Positions 1 to 8,786 of a DNA stretch of 64,000 nucleotides are shown piece by piece. Numbering within the stretch: position 1 is the stretch's first letter; the number at the start of each line of letters is the position of its first letter. The DNA is from a virus, in IMG/VR virus record IMGVR_UViG_3300014720_002669. One strand, written 5' to 3'. Both the position numbers and the translations under genes were made by a program. The notes beneath the pieces were generated by a model, which was not told the DNA's origin, made no database searches, and saw only the letters and a list, made by a program, of their open reading frames with translations.

Positions 1-1350
1 ACATTCGCCGCCTTGCATGGGCGCAGGCACAGCTCCGGCCAATTTGGCTTCTTGATAATATACCCAACTGCTGTAACTGCCTTCGCAGTGTTTCAAACAG
101 GCTCGCCAGAACGCCTCAGGATTGTGTGCCTTTTGATAGGCCAAGGCCCAGATCAATCTTCCTAGATTGGTAGCATGTGCTCGACACAGTCCAAAATGAC
201 TGAGTTCGCGCAGTGACGCCAACACAGTATCACGCTTGGGGTGATCACCAATCAACTGCATAAACTCATAGATCTTTTCTTCATTGCGTTTGGCAAACGC
301 TCTGCGCCACATGTCAGCGGTGTACATGTCACAGTCCAAGATGTCGGCAATCATGGTGATGGCATCATCTTCAAACACCACTGTGTCTTGTTGTATAGTG
401 TCGGCACTCCAGTCTTGAAATGCACTGGCTTTACGTCGACCCTGTGTGGCCACTGGACGGATCAGTGCAGTGGCCAGGGTACAGTCGCTCCGGCTCTTGA
501 CTTTGAGAGCTCTAAACAGTCTTTTCATGGCTGGACTTTCGCCCTGAGTCACACCCAACACATCACCACGACCCAGCAGGTCACTGGTTTTTTCATCATG
601 CTCGGGATAGTCTGTGAGTGGGCGTTGATCAATCTCCCACAGTTGACTCAGTCCACGATTGGCCAGGATATCTATTTTGAAGTGTTCAAGATCTTCAGTT
701 TCGTATTTGTCCAACAGGATTTGATTGTTGCCATTGATCAGGCTTGGAGGCACAGCACGATCAAAAATCAAAATGCCACCACAGTGTTTTGATATACAGC
801 GTTTTTTGCCCATGAGCTTGGCTGTGACTCGTTTGGCCTCCTCTATTTCTTCTGGAGGCAACACTTGGCTGAATTCAAATCCACGTTTGAGTGTGCCTTT
901 GGCTCCCAGCCGTTTGGCTGCTTCACGTTTGGCTGACTTTTCTTTGTACATCACATAGTTGCTGACTCTGGCACTTTGCCCCGGCCAGCGACGAAATATG
1001 CGATTCATCACAGTGGCCTGTTGCCAGTGTGGGAAATCCAGATCAATATCAGGAAGGTCGTCACGTTTGGGATTCATAAAACGTGCTATGGGGATGTTTT
1101 CTGCCACAGGATCTAGATCACTGATGCCCATGAGCCAGCACACCAGACTTGAGCCTGCTGATCCTCGGGTGATGTGTGGTATGTCTGTGGTGAGATCCAG
1201 TATTTCTCGCACACGCAAGAAGTGTCGAGAAAAGTTTTGATCTCTAATTAGTTCTAGTTCTTCTGCCAGTCTGTGTGCGTATTTGGGATCTTGTGGTAAT
1301 TCTCTTCTAAATTGTTTTACTAGTTGTTCAAGTTCTTTATATCTATCCAT
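1..1350 (-). CDS. dnaE: Compact family C DNA polymerase (DnaE alpha-like, no N-terminal PHP domain); 3' end runs off the window
   Basis: Hand translation from ATG at 1350 gives TRGSAGSSLVCWLMGISDLDP, RFMNPKRDDLPDIDLDF, SKHCGG, FKIDILA and FGLCRAHA..AYQKAHNP, all DnaE motifs. Absent from the ORF track because no stop lies in the window. Confidence 0.9.
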   Translation of the reverse strand, partial: MDRYKELEQLVKQFRRELPQDPKYAHRLAEELELIRDQNFSRHFLRVREILDLTTDIPHITRGSAGSSLVCWLMGISDLDPVAENIPIARFMNPKRDDLPDIDLDFPHWQQATVMNRIFRRWPGQSARVSNYVMYKEKSAKREAAKRLGAKGTLKRGFEFSQVLPPEEIEEAKRVTAKLMGKKRCISKHCGGILIFDRAVPPSLINGNNQILLDKYETEDLEHFKIDILANRGLSQLWEIDQRPLTDYPEHDEKTSDLLGRGDVLGVTQGESPAMKRLFRALKVKSRSDCTLATALIRPVATQGRRKASAFQDWSADTIQQDTVVFEDDAITMIADILDCDMYTADMWRRAFAKRNEEKIYEFMQLIGDHPKRDTVLASLRELSHFGLCRAHATNLGRLIWALAYQKAHNPEAFWRACLKHCEGSYSSWVYYQEAKLAGAVPAPMQGGEC

Positions 1351-1433
1351 TAAATGCTGCCTTGGTTGTTTTAGGAAAATATTTATGGTGTGATATTTTA
1401 TCATTCAAAGATTTTGGCACCGCTAAATATTCT

Positions 1434-2075
1434 GTGAAATCCACCATAGCCCTATTCATACATGATCCCAAGTGCTCTGTACAGAGTGGCAACGGAATTA
1501 TGCAGGCCCTGGGCAACAACTACAATTTTAAACTATTCAGCAAAAACGAAGTGGAAGATGTGTTCCTTGATGGGGTAGACATGGTTGCAGTACCAGGCGG
1601 ATTTGGTGATGCCGACAGTTATGATACTTTGTTTAAAAACAACTCAAAATCTGTGCGGCAATTCGTGCGGCAAGGCGGAAGATACTTGGGCATCTGTATG
1701 GGCGCATACTGGGCAGGCAAGCATTATCTCAACATCCTGGATTCAGTGGATGCTGTGCAATATATTCGTCGTCCAGGCACAGACACACGTAGACCGCATG
1801 CCAAATACATGCCAGTGACCTGGCGCGGCCAACCTAACAACATGTACTGGTACGATGGATGTGCCTTGGTGGGTGATCGCACCCGATTTGAAACTGTGGC
1901 AACTTACAGCAATGGTGATGCCATGGCCATCATACAGAACAGAATTGGCCTGATAGGATGTCATCCTGAAGCTGAACAGTTTTGGTACGACGATTACTCA
2001 TGGATGCGCCGGCACTGGTCTGGTGGGCATCATCGTTTACTTCAAGAGTTTGCGGACCAACTCATGCAGTCGTAA
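1434..2075 (+). CDS. Class I glutamine amidotransferase-like protein (BPL_N type)
   Basis: VPGG, GGRYLGICMGAY nucleophile elbow and C-terminal GCHPE. GTG start lies 4 nt after TAAATA. Confidence 0.75.
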   Translation: MKSTIALFIHDPKCSVQSGNGIMQALGNNYNFKLFSKNEVEDVFLDGVDMVAVPGGFGDADSYDTLFKNNSKSVRQFVRQGGRYLGICMGAYWAGKHYLNILDSVDAVQYIRRPGTDTRRPHAKYMPVTWRGQPNNMYWYDGCALVGDRTRFETVATYSNGDAMAIIQNRIGLIGCHPEAEQFWYDDYSWMRRHWSGGHHRLLQEFADQLMQS

Positions 2076-2098
2076 AAAAAGGCCCTGTTAGGCCTTTA
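2074..2098. terminator. Intrinsic terminator between convergent genes
   Basis: A-run, AAAGGCC-ctgtta-GGCCTTT hairpin; U-tail on the minus strand after the porin gene. Confidence 0.7.
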
Positions 2099-2149
2099 GT
2101 GCTGGTTACAAGTTCCAGCGCCGCTCTATCTTTGCGGCTGGTTTTTGTA

Positions 2150-3532
2150 TTAGAAGTTGATTTGTGTGCGAATGCTAACAACATCTTCCCTGCTGGTGGT
2201 GCCCATGTCAGTGGTATCCAATGGAGCAATTGCTGAGCCAAACTTGGTATAGGCATAGTTGGCCATGATTCTGGCATTGTTGTTGAGAATCCAGTTCACA
2301 CCATATGTCACTGTCTGAGCAGAATTGGCATTCTGTGTACGGTTGCCTGTCACAGCACCGTCAACACTGTTGCTGCCTGCTGCTGTGTATTCAGAAACAC
2401 GAACTCCCACTTGCCATGCACCTGTGCCATTGCCTACAACACCGCCATAGTCTTTCATAAACACTGATGATGGGGTGATACCGCCAAAGGTGCCACCTTT
2501 ATAACTTTTAGCAAAGTCTTCACCTGTGATATTGTACATGACTTCCACATACTTGGCCTGCACTCGTACGTCTTGTGTGGCCACACAAGCAGAGGTCACA
2601 CAACTGGCAGCACCTGTGACATAGTTATAGGTGTTGGCTGATGCTGAGTATTTGCTGTCAAAGTTTTCTGCTTGAATTTTGAATGGACCATGAGCCAAGG
2701 CCAATTCAATACCGTTCATGGTACGATTCACACTGGCAGCATTGTTGGCAGTGGCTCCATAGGCTGCTGTGTCAACTTTGTCACCGCCGATTTGAGCACG
2801 ATACACATTGCTCATGCCACGTGCTTCTGAGCGTAGTGCTACAATTGTACCACGTGTGGTTGTGCTGGGCGCATCAACTGTGTTGCCCGAAGTTGTTGGC
2901 ACCATCTGTGCCCGTCCACCAGTCTGTGCCACACCTACATGTAATACAGTGTTGGGATTGGATGCCAGTTGACCAAAATTCACAGCCACACGTGCCGCAT
3001 ACTGTGCGCCCAGAGTGTTGTCACTGGAACTTTCTGCGAAGTCACCTTGAAATGCTGATAATCCATAAACAAATCCTGCACTGGGTTCACCGTGCAGCAT
3101 CACACCCAGACGTTTGCCTGGAACCAATTGATTGCCATATGAACGTTCCATGAAGCCGATGTTGTTTGAACTGGTGAGTTCTTCCAGGCTAAACGGCTGC
3201 TTGAATCGACCTGTACGGAATTGTGCTGATTGATTGAAGCCATAGTTCACAAAGGCAGTGTCAATGAAGTTGGTGTTGCTGCCTACAGCATTGCCCACCA
3301 ACTCATAGTTGATCTGCTTGTTGATACTGCCATTGATACCAATTCTGGCTCTACGCAGTTCAAAGTTGTCGCCCACGCTGGCGCTGTCACGGTCTGTGGA
3401 TTTGGTCAGGTCCGAATCAAATGTTCGTGTGTCAAAATGCACACGGCCTGTGACCTTGGAATCCACCTGTGCCATTGCTGGCGCTGTCAGGGCCACAAAT
3501 GCAGCGGCCAAGATTAATTTAGTAAATTTCAT
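2150..3532 (-). CDS. Phosphate-selective porin, OprO/OprP family
   Basis: Signal peptide, FELRRARIG, GRFKQPFSLEELTSSN..FMERS, GVNW, terminal Phe; directly downstream of pstS. Confidence 0.9.
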   Translation of the reverse strand: MKFTKLILAAAFVALTAPAMAQVDSKVTGRVHFDTRTFDSDLTKSTDRDSASVGDNFELRRARIGINGSINKQINYELVGNAVGSNTNFIDTAFVNYGFNQSAQFRTGRFKQPFSLEELTSSNNIGFMERSYGNQLVPGKRLGVMLHGEPSAGFVYGLSAFQGDFAESSSDNTLGAQYAARVAVNFGQLASNPNTVLHVGVAQTGGRAQMVPTTSGNTVDAPSTTTRGTIVALRSEARGMSNVYRAQIGGDKVDTAAYGATANNAASVNRTMNGIELALAHGPFKIQAENFDSKYSASANTYNYVTGAASCVTSACVATQDVRVQAKYVEVMYNITGEDFAKSYKGGTFGGITPSSVFMKDYGGVVGNGTGAWQVGVRVSEYTAAGSNSVDGAVTGNRTQNANSAQTVTYGVNWILNNNARIMANYAYTKFGSAIAPLDTTDMGTTSREDVVSIRTQINF

Positions 3533-3596
3533 ATTTCTCCTTTAGATTTACTTTTGCGATATAACATAATATGTAGTGCAGTCAACACCACAGTGA

Positions 3597-4616
3597 TTAT
3601 TTCTTGATCTGGGACCAAACACGGTCACGAATCTGTTGAGTCAAGGTGTCTGGCAGTGGTACGTAATCCAAATCCAATGCTGCCTTTCGTCCATTTTTAA
3701 ATGCCCAATCAAAGAATTTCAATACCTCTGCACTTTGGCGAAGGTCGGTGGGATCCTTGTACATGAGAATAAAACTGGCAGTGGTCACTGGCCATACACT
3801 GTCGCCTTTTTGATCCACAATGCTCAGGGCCATGCCTGGTACTGAGAACCAATCTGCCCCAGCAGCCGCGGCAGCAAAGGTGGTGTCATCTGGTGATACC
3901 CAGCGACCATTGCGGTTCTGCATCTGCATGAACACCAATCGGTTTTTCTTTACATAGGCATATTCAACATAGCCAATGCTACCTCGGATTCGTGCCACGT
4001 TGGCTGCTACACCTTCATTGCCTTTACCGCCCACAGATGTTGCGGCAGGCCACTTCACAGCAGCACCACGACCCACACGTTCCAACCAAGCAGGACTCAC
4101 TGTGCTGAGATAATCGGTCCAGTTGAAGGTGGTGCCGGAACCATCAGCACGATGTACCACAGTGATGACTTGATCGGGCAAGGCTTTGCCGGGATTGAGA
4201 GCCATAAGCCGAGCATCGTTCCATTTGGAGATTTCGCCTAGAAAAATCTCTGCCAGCACTGGTCCAGTGACTCGGAGTTCACCTGGTCGGAATCCTGGTA
4301 AATTCACAGTAGGTACAGTACCGCCTATGACGGCAGGAAATTGCACCAGGCCTTCTTTTTCCAATTCTGCACCTGACATGGGTGCATCACTGGCGCCAAA
4401 TGTCACTGTCTTGGCCTTGATCTGTCGCAGGCCACCTGAACTGCCAATGCTTTGATAGTTTAACTGAGTGTCGTGTTTTTCACTGTAGATTTCGGCCCAC
4501 TTGCTGTAAATGGGAAAGGGGAAAGTTGCGCCTGCCCCAGTGATGATGTTTTGAGCATTTGCTGATGGACTCAACAAATACAGTGTTGCGGCCAACAAGG
4601 CCAAGATTTTTTTCAT
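3597..4616 (-). CDS. pstS: Phosphate ABC transporter substrate-binding protein
   Basis: GAGATFP, NYQSIGSSGG, FGASDAP, HRADGSGTT, GKGNEGVA, GYVEY. ATG 4616 has an AAGG SD. Confidence 0.97.
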   Translation of the reverse strand: MKKILALLAATLYLLSPSANAQNIITGAGATFPFPIYSKWAEIYSEKHDTQLNYQSIGSSGGLRQIKAKTVTFGASDAPMSGAELEKEGLVQFPAVIGGTVPTVNLPGFRPGELRVTGPVLAEIFLGEISKWNDARLMALNPGKALPDQVITVVHRADGSGTTFNWTDYLSTVSPAWLERVGRGAAVKWPAATSVGGKGNEGVAANVARIRGSIGYVEYAYVKKNRLVFMQMQNRNGRWVSPDDTTFAAAAAGADWFSVPGMALSIVDQKGDSVWPVTTASFILMYKDPTDLRQSAEVLKFFDWAFKNGRKAALDLDYVPLPDTLTQQIRDRVWSQIKK

Positions 4617-4668
4617 GTGTTTTCCTTTGTGAATATGTGCGATTGCACATGAATATTTAAACACAAAG

Positions 4669-4688
4669 ATGTTACAGTAATGTTACAG
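4669..4688 (-). promoter_or_regulatory. Pho box (PhoB site) upstream of pstS
   Basis: Minus strand CTGTAACAT-TA-CTGTAACAT, an 11-bp-period direct repeat close to the CTGTCAT-N4-CTGTCAT consensus, about 50 nt upstream of pstS. Confidence 0.75.
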
Positions 4689-4835
4689 TGGCTGGGTTTT
4701 TTTGTTCTTTTTGTCTGGACCAAGAGCTTTGGCTTCTTCCAGCCGGCGCTGTGTGGCAGGGGTTGTTTGGGGAGGACGATACACGTGGTGTTTCTGGGAT
4801 TCGTGTCGTCGCGGTGCTCGTTTAAACCAACTCAT
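4683..4835 (-). CDS. Small basic hypothetical protein (50 aa, MSWFKRAPRR...)
   Basis: Hand translation; AAAGGA SD and an upstream TAAGTA. Confidence 0.45.
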   Translation of the reverse strand: MSWFKRAPRRHESQKHHVYRPPQTTPATQRRLEEAKALGPDKKNKKTQPL

Positions 4836-4894
4836 AGACAGTTCCTTTGCAGGTCTAAATACTTATTGTGTGTGTTTGAAATATAAACTCCAGT

Positions 4895-6106
4895 TTAATT
4901 TTGTTGTAGCAGTTGGCCAATTACAACACGATGTTGACCTGTGCAATGCTGTTGCATAATGACCATGGCTTGATCTAAATTGGTCTGGTATTCTTCTATC
5001 ACTTGATCAAACAGTCCGTTGAAAAATCGTTGTTTGTTGCGTTGGGCAATCTCATGCAATTTTGTGTACAGTGCTTGTTTAGCCGCAGCATCAAGTGCAG
5101 CAATTCTTTTCATCTCTTGGATGATGGCATCTAATCTGGCTGCACCATCAGCAATGGTGTCATAAGTTTCGTCAATCACATTTGCAAACGTTTCAAAACC
5201 GTAGTTTCTCAGGTATTGCAAACTGCCTGGTGTAGCCGCCAACAAGAAAGGTTTGCCACAAGCAATGGGCCTCAGTGTTTTTTCTGTGAGATGCCAACGA
5301 TCATCATCAAACAATGTTTCCAGCACAATTTCAATGCCACAAGCAGCGTAGTCTGCGCCACAGTAATCTGCACTGCTGCCTGAATCAGCAGTGTTGGGCG
5401 GATAAAGTTGTTCCAAATTGTGTAGATGAATTTGGAATTTTTTGTTGGCAAACACATGATCTACATAATGTGTGTCATTATCCACAGCGGCAAATGCAGT
5501 TTGAGTGTGTGATGTAAGATCATGCGTTGCCAGTTGTTGGGCAAAATACAGTCGATATTCTCGTGTGCCGCTCCAGGCTCGGTTGTATACCAAAAATGTT
5601 TTTTGTATTCGGGCAACATTATAAGTCAATGCAGGATCATGTTTGGCATATCGAAACCAATCCAACGCAATCATGGCATGACTCCAGATGTATACAGGTA
5701 CAAAATTTGCTTTTACAAAATATTTTAATTGACGACTGTGCAGTTCAGAGTGTACCAACACTGTTAGATCAAACTGATTGCTGCATACCTGTGGTGGTCG
5801 TAGATGCATGCCAGCCACATAATTCAAAACAGAATGCTCAAGCATAAAAAAACTGTCTGATATTTTGGAAAAAAATGACTTTGCATTATTGTATAGTTGC
5901 TCTTTGGTGTAAAATAAAAAATCCAATGGTTCTTGGTCATGAAAAACAACCAATGGATTCTTTTCAAGTTGATATTCTGGGTAGTTGGTCAACTGTGTTA
6001 GGTCTTCCAGTTTTCTTGAGCCATGTGGCAACCAACGATAAATTACTAGATCATGGTTGACACAGTCACACAAATAGTGATATAATCTGTCTAAAGGAAC
6101 ACTCAT
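4895..6106 (-). CDS. Putative glycosyltransferase-like phage protein
   Basis: IVLET..LTEKTLRPIACGKPF..GSLQYLRNYGFETF resembles a GT-B/GT10-like C-terminus. Start taken at MSVPLDRLY. Confidence 0.5.
   Translation of the reverse strand: MSVPLDRLYHYLCDCVNHDLVIYRWLPHGSRKLEDLTQLTNYPEYQLEKNPLVVFHDQEPLDFLFYTKEQLYNNAKSFFSKISDSFFMLEHSVLNYVAGMHLRPPQVCSNQFDLTVLVHSELHSRQLKYFVKANFVPVYIWSHAMIALDWFRYAKHDPALTYNVARIQKTFLVYNRAWSGTREYRLYFAQQLATHDLTSHTQTAFAAVDNDTHYVDHVFANKKFQIHLHNLEQLYPPNTADSGSSADYCGADYAACGIEIVLETLFDDDRWHLTEKTLRPIACGKPFLLAATPGSLQYLRNYGFETFANVIDETYDTIADGAARLDAIIQEMKRIAALDAAAKQALYTKLHEIAQRNKQRFFNGLFDQVIEEYQTNLDQAMVIMQQHCTGQHRVVIGQLLQQN
6057..6086 (+). promoter_or_regulatory. Consensus sigma70 promoter inside the opposite-strand gene
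   Basis: TTGACA-N18-TATAAT followed by an AAAGGA SD and ATG 6107. Confidence 0.7.
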
Positions 6107-7348
6107 ATGAAAAAAATTGGTTTTATTGGGATCGGCAAACTGGGTCTTGATTGTGCAGAAGTCATGGCTGAACGGCATGAAGTGCGCGGTTACGATATTT
6201 ACCCACGTGAGAGCGACTCAGTAAAAATCTGTGACATTGACGAGTTGGTGAACGAAAGCGAATGGATTTTTATTGCTGTGCCTACACCACATGCTGAAGG
6301 TTATGATGGATCAGTGCCCAGCAGCCACATGGAGCCACGAGACTTTGGACATGCGGCTGTGATTGATGCAATCAAGAACGTGAACCGGTATGCAACCACA
6401 CCCAAGAAGGTTGTGTTGATCTCAACAGTGTTGCCCGGTACCACACGCCGACACTTTTATCCATTGCTGGATTGCAAGCATCAATTCCTGTACAACCCTT
6501 ACTTGATTGCCATGGGCAGTGTAAAGTGGGACATGGTCAATCCTGAAATGGTCATGATTGGCACAGAAGATGGCAACCCCAATGCACTAGCAGGTGAACT
6601 GATTGACCTGTACAAAACCATCATGGTCAACAATCCACGCTATGAAATTGGCACCTGGGACGAATGCGAAGCCATCAAGATCTTCTACAACACCTTCATC
6701 AGTGCAAAAGTTGGCCTAGTAAACATGATTCAAGACTTTGCCCTACGCATTGGCAACATCAATGTGGACGTGGTGACAGATGCACTGGCACGTAGCACCA
6801 TGCGTATCATGGGACCCAAATACATGACAGCCGGCATGGGCGATGCAGGTGCTTGCCACCCAAGAGACAACATTGCACTGCGTTGGTTGGCCAAAGAATA
6901 CAACATTGGCTATGACTTGTTTGACACAGTGATGCATGCTAGAGAAGTGCAGGCCAAGAACCTGGCCATGTACCTGTTGGACCTGAGTGTGATGAACAAC
7001 AACTTGCCCATTGTGATTCACGGCAAAGCCTACAAGCCTGACGTGGAGTATTGTATTGGCTCATACAGCACCCTGGTGGGACACTACATCGAACAAGAAG
7101 GACGTCAAGTGGTGTATGTTGATCCACTAGCAGATGATCCTACAAATGTTGTGGCCACAGTGGACACACCTGCAATCTTTTTGTGGGCACACAATCGCAA
7201 GATCACGTATGAATACACAGGTGATCAACTGGATACACTGCCCTACTGCGACATCAAGCCTGGTAGTATTATTGTTGATCCATGGCGCAAACTTGCATCA
7301 ACTCCTGAGGTTGAAGTTGTTCACTACGGTAACACCAGATCTCATTAA
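6107..7348 (+). CDS. UDP-glucose/GDP-mannose dehydrogenase family protein
   Basis: GIGKLG Rossmann motif, IAVPTP, STVLPGT, KIFYNTF, GACHPRD catalytic Cys, AYKP. Confidence 0.9.
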   Translation: MKKIGFIGIGKLGLDCAEVMAERHEVRGYDIYPRESDSVKICDIDELVNESEWIFIAVPTPHAEGYDGSVPSSHMEPRDFGHAAVIDAIKNVNRYATTPKKVVLISTVLPGTTRRHFYPLLDCKHQFLYNPYLIAMGSVKWDMVNPEMVMIGTEDGNPNALAGELIDLYKTIMVNNPRYEIGTWDECEAIKIFYNTFISAKVGLVNMIQDFALRIGNINVDVVTDALARSTMRIMGPKYMTAGMGDAGACHPRDNIALRWLAKEYNIGYDLFDTVMHAREVQAKNLAMYLLDLSVMNNNLPIVIHGKAYKPDVEYCIGSYSTLVGHYIEQEGRQVVYVDPLADDPTNVVATVDTPAIFLWAHNRKITYEYTGDQLDTLPYCDIKPGSIIVDPWRKLASTPEVEVVHYGNTRSH

Positions 7349-7844
7349 ATATCACGTCCCGGCATTCTGGGATGATGAATACAAACGGCTAGACTATGTC
7401 AACGAGTCGTTCAACGATTCAGTCAGTGTGAATCTTTGGACCAGTCAAGGCTATGCCAACCAGTTCACTGGCGACATGTGTGACATGCGCAGTCCACAAC
7501 CCAGTTGGAATCAAACATTTGTGGACATCTACACAGAGATGGGCTGGAAAGACATAGGAACCAGTTACTATAGAATGACCACTGGCACTATATTACCTGT
7601 ACATCGTGACTTGTATATTCGTTATATTCAATTGTTCAATTTACAAGGCCAAGAACATCGCATACGCAGAGTCATTGTGTTTTTGGAAGACTGGAAAAGT
7701 GGCCATTACTTTGAAGGTGCAGGAAAACCAATGACTCAATGGCATGCAGGCGATGCCATTGAATGGGTTTATGACACACCACACATGGCAGCCAACTTGG
7801 GTCTGGAGCCTAGATATACACTACAAATTACAGGATGGGTATGA
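7317..7844 (+). CDS. 2OG-Fe(II) oxygenase-like (jelly-roll) protein; start uncertain
   Basis: HxD (PVHRD), distal His (PHMAAN) and RYTLQITG; stop overlaps the next ATG. Confidence 0.6.
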   Translation: MFTTVTPDLIKYHVPAFWDDEYKRLDYVNESFNDSVSVNLWTSQGYANQFTGDMCDMRSPQPSWNQTFVDIYTEMGWKDIGTSYYRMTTGTILPVHRDLYIRYIQLFNLQGQEHRIRRVIVFLEDWKSGHYFEGAGKPMTQWHAGDAIEWVYDTPHMAANLGLEPRYTLQITGWV

Positions 7845-8755
7845 TAAGCACGTACAATGAATGGGACACACTGCGCAGAGTCATAGTGGGCCGGGCAGAC
7901 ACAGCCAACTGGCCTGTAAACGATTCAGTGTTCAAGAATGAAGGAGAGAAGACCACTTGGCGAGAAACTCCTGTGCCCAGTGGTGCTGTGCCACAGTGGA
8001 TCATAAACGAAGCCAATGAAGATCTTGACATTTTAGCAACCACATTACAAGCCATGGGAGTCACAGTGGATCGACCTAATCCTTGTTTGAATTTTCAAAC
8101 ACACGATGGTCTCAGTGCCTATTGCCCGAGAGATCGATTGTTGGCCTATGGCAGCACCATGCTAGATCCTGTGATGATGTATCCCTGCAGGGACATGGAA
8201 CTACAGTGCTACTTTGACATCCTGGCCGATGCAGACCGTGTGTTGTCAATGCCACGGGGTCAAGGCATGGTACTGGAAGCTGCCAACATCTGCAAATTGA
8301 ATGATCATTGGTTGGTGTTGGAAAGTTCAGGATGCAATGCACCAGCATTGGCATGGCTACGTGTTCAATTTCCTGATGTCAAAATAGAATCTTGCAACTT
8401 CTATGCAGGTGTGCATATTGATTCAACCATTGTGCCCATACGTGAAGGCTTGGTTCTGTTGAATGGAACCAGGGTGAATGAATCCAATTGCCCAGAAGTG
8501 TTCCGATCTTGGGACAAGATCTACGTGGATGATGTGGTGGCACAGGGCTTTTACCAATATCCTTATGCATCAAAATGGGTTGGCATGAACATGTTGGCCG
8601 TGAATCCCAACACTGTGATCATGGACCGGAACCAACCCAAACTCATTGCTGAATTAGAACAACGTGGGTTCACTGTGATTCCGTTGGAATTACGCCACAG
8701 TCGCACTTTGGGCGGCGGATTCCATTGTGTCACACTGGATTTGGAGCGCGGTTGA
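7841..8755 (+). CDS. Amidinotransferase (glycine / inosamine-phosphate amidinotransferase family)
   Basis: NEWDTLRRVIVG, CPRD, HIDST, RTLGGGFHCVTLD catalytic Cys. Confidence 0.9.
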   Translation: MISTYNEWDTLRRVIVGRADTANWPVNDSVFKNEGEKTTWRETPVPSGAVPQWIINEANEDLDILATTLQAMGVTVDRPNPCLNFQTHDGLSAYCPRDRLLAYGSTMLDPVMMYPCRDMELQCYFDILADADRVLSMPRGQGMVLEAANICKLNDHWLVLESSGCNAPALAWLRVQFPDVKIESCNFYAGVHIDSTIVPIREGLVLLNGTRVNESNCPEVFRSWDKIYVDDVVAQGFYQYPYASKWVGMNMLAVNPNTVIMDRNQPKLIAELEQRGFTVIPLELRHSRTLGGGFHCVTLDLERG

Positions 8756-8780
8756 CCATTATCTCTAAATGCTGTATAAT
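8752..8780 (+). promoter_or_regulatory. Early sigma70-type promoter, apparently leaderless for uvsE
   Basis: TTGACC-N17-TATAAT with ATG 6 nt after the -10 box. Confidence 0.75.
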
Positions 8781-8786
8781 TACAGC

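Noticed and set aside
241-1240. Plus-strand ORFs 241-792, 725-958 and 959-1240
   Set aside because: Shadows of the minus-strand DnaE frame, which carries clear motifs.
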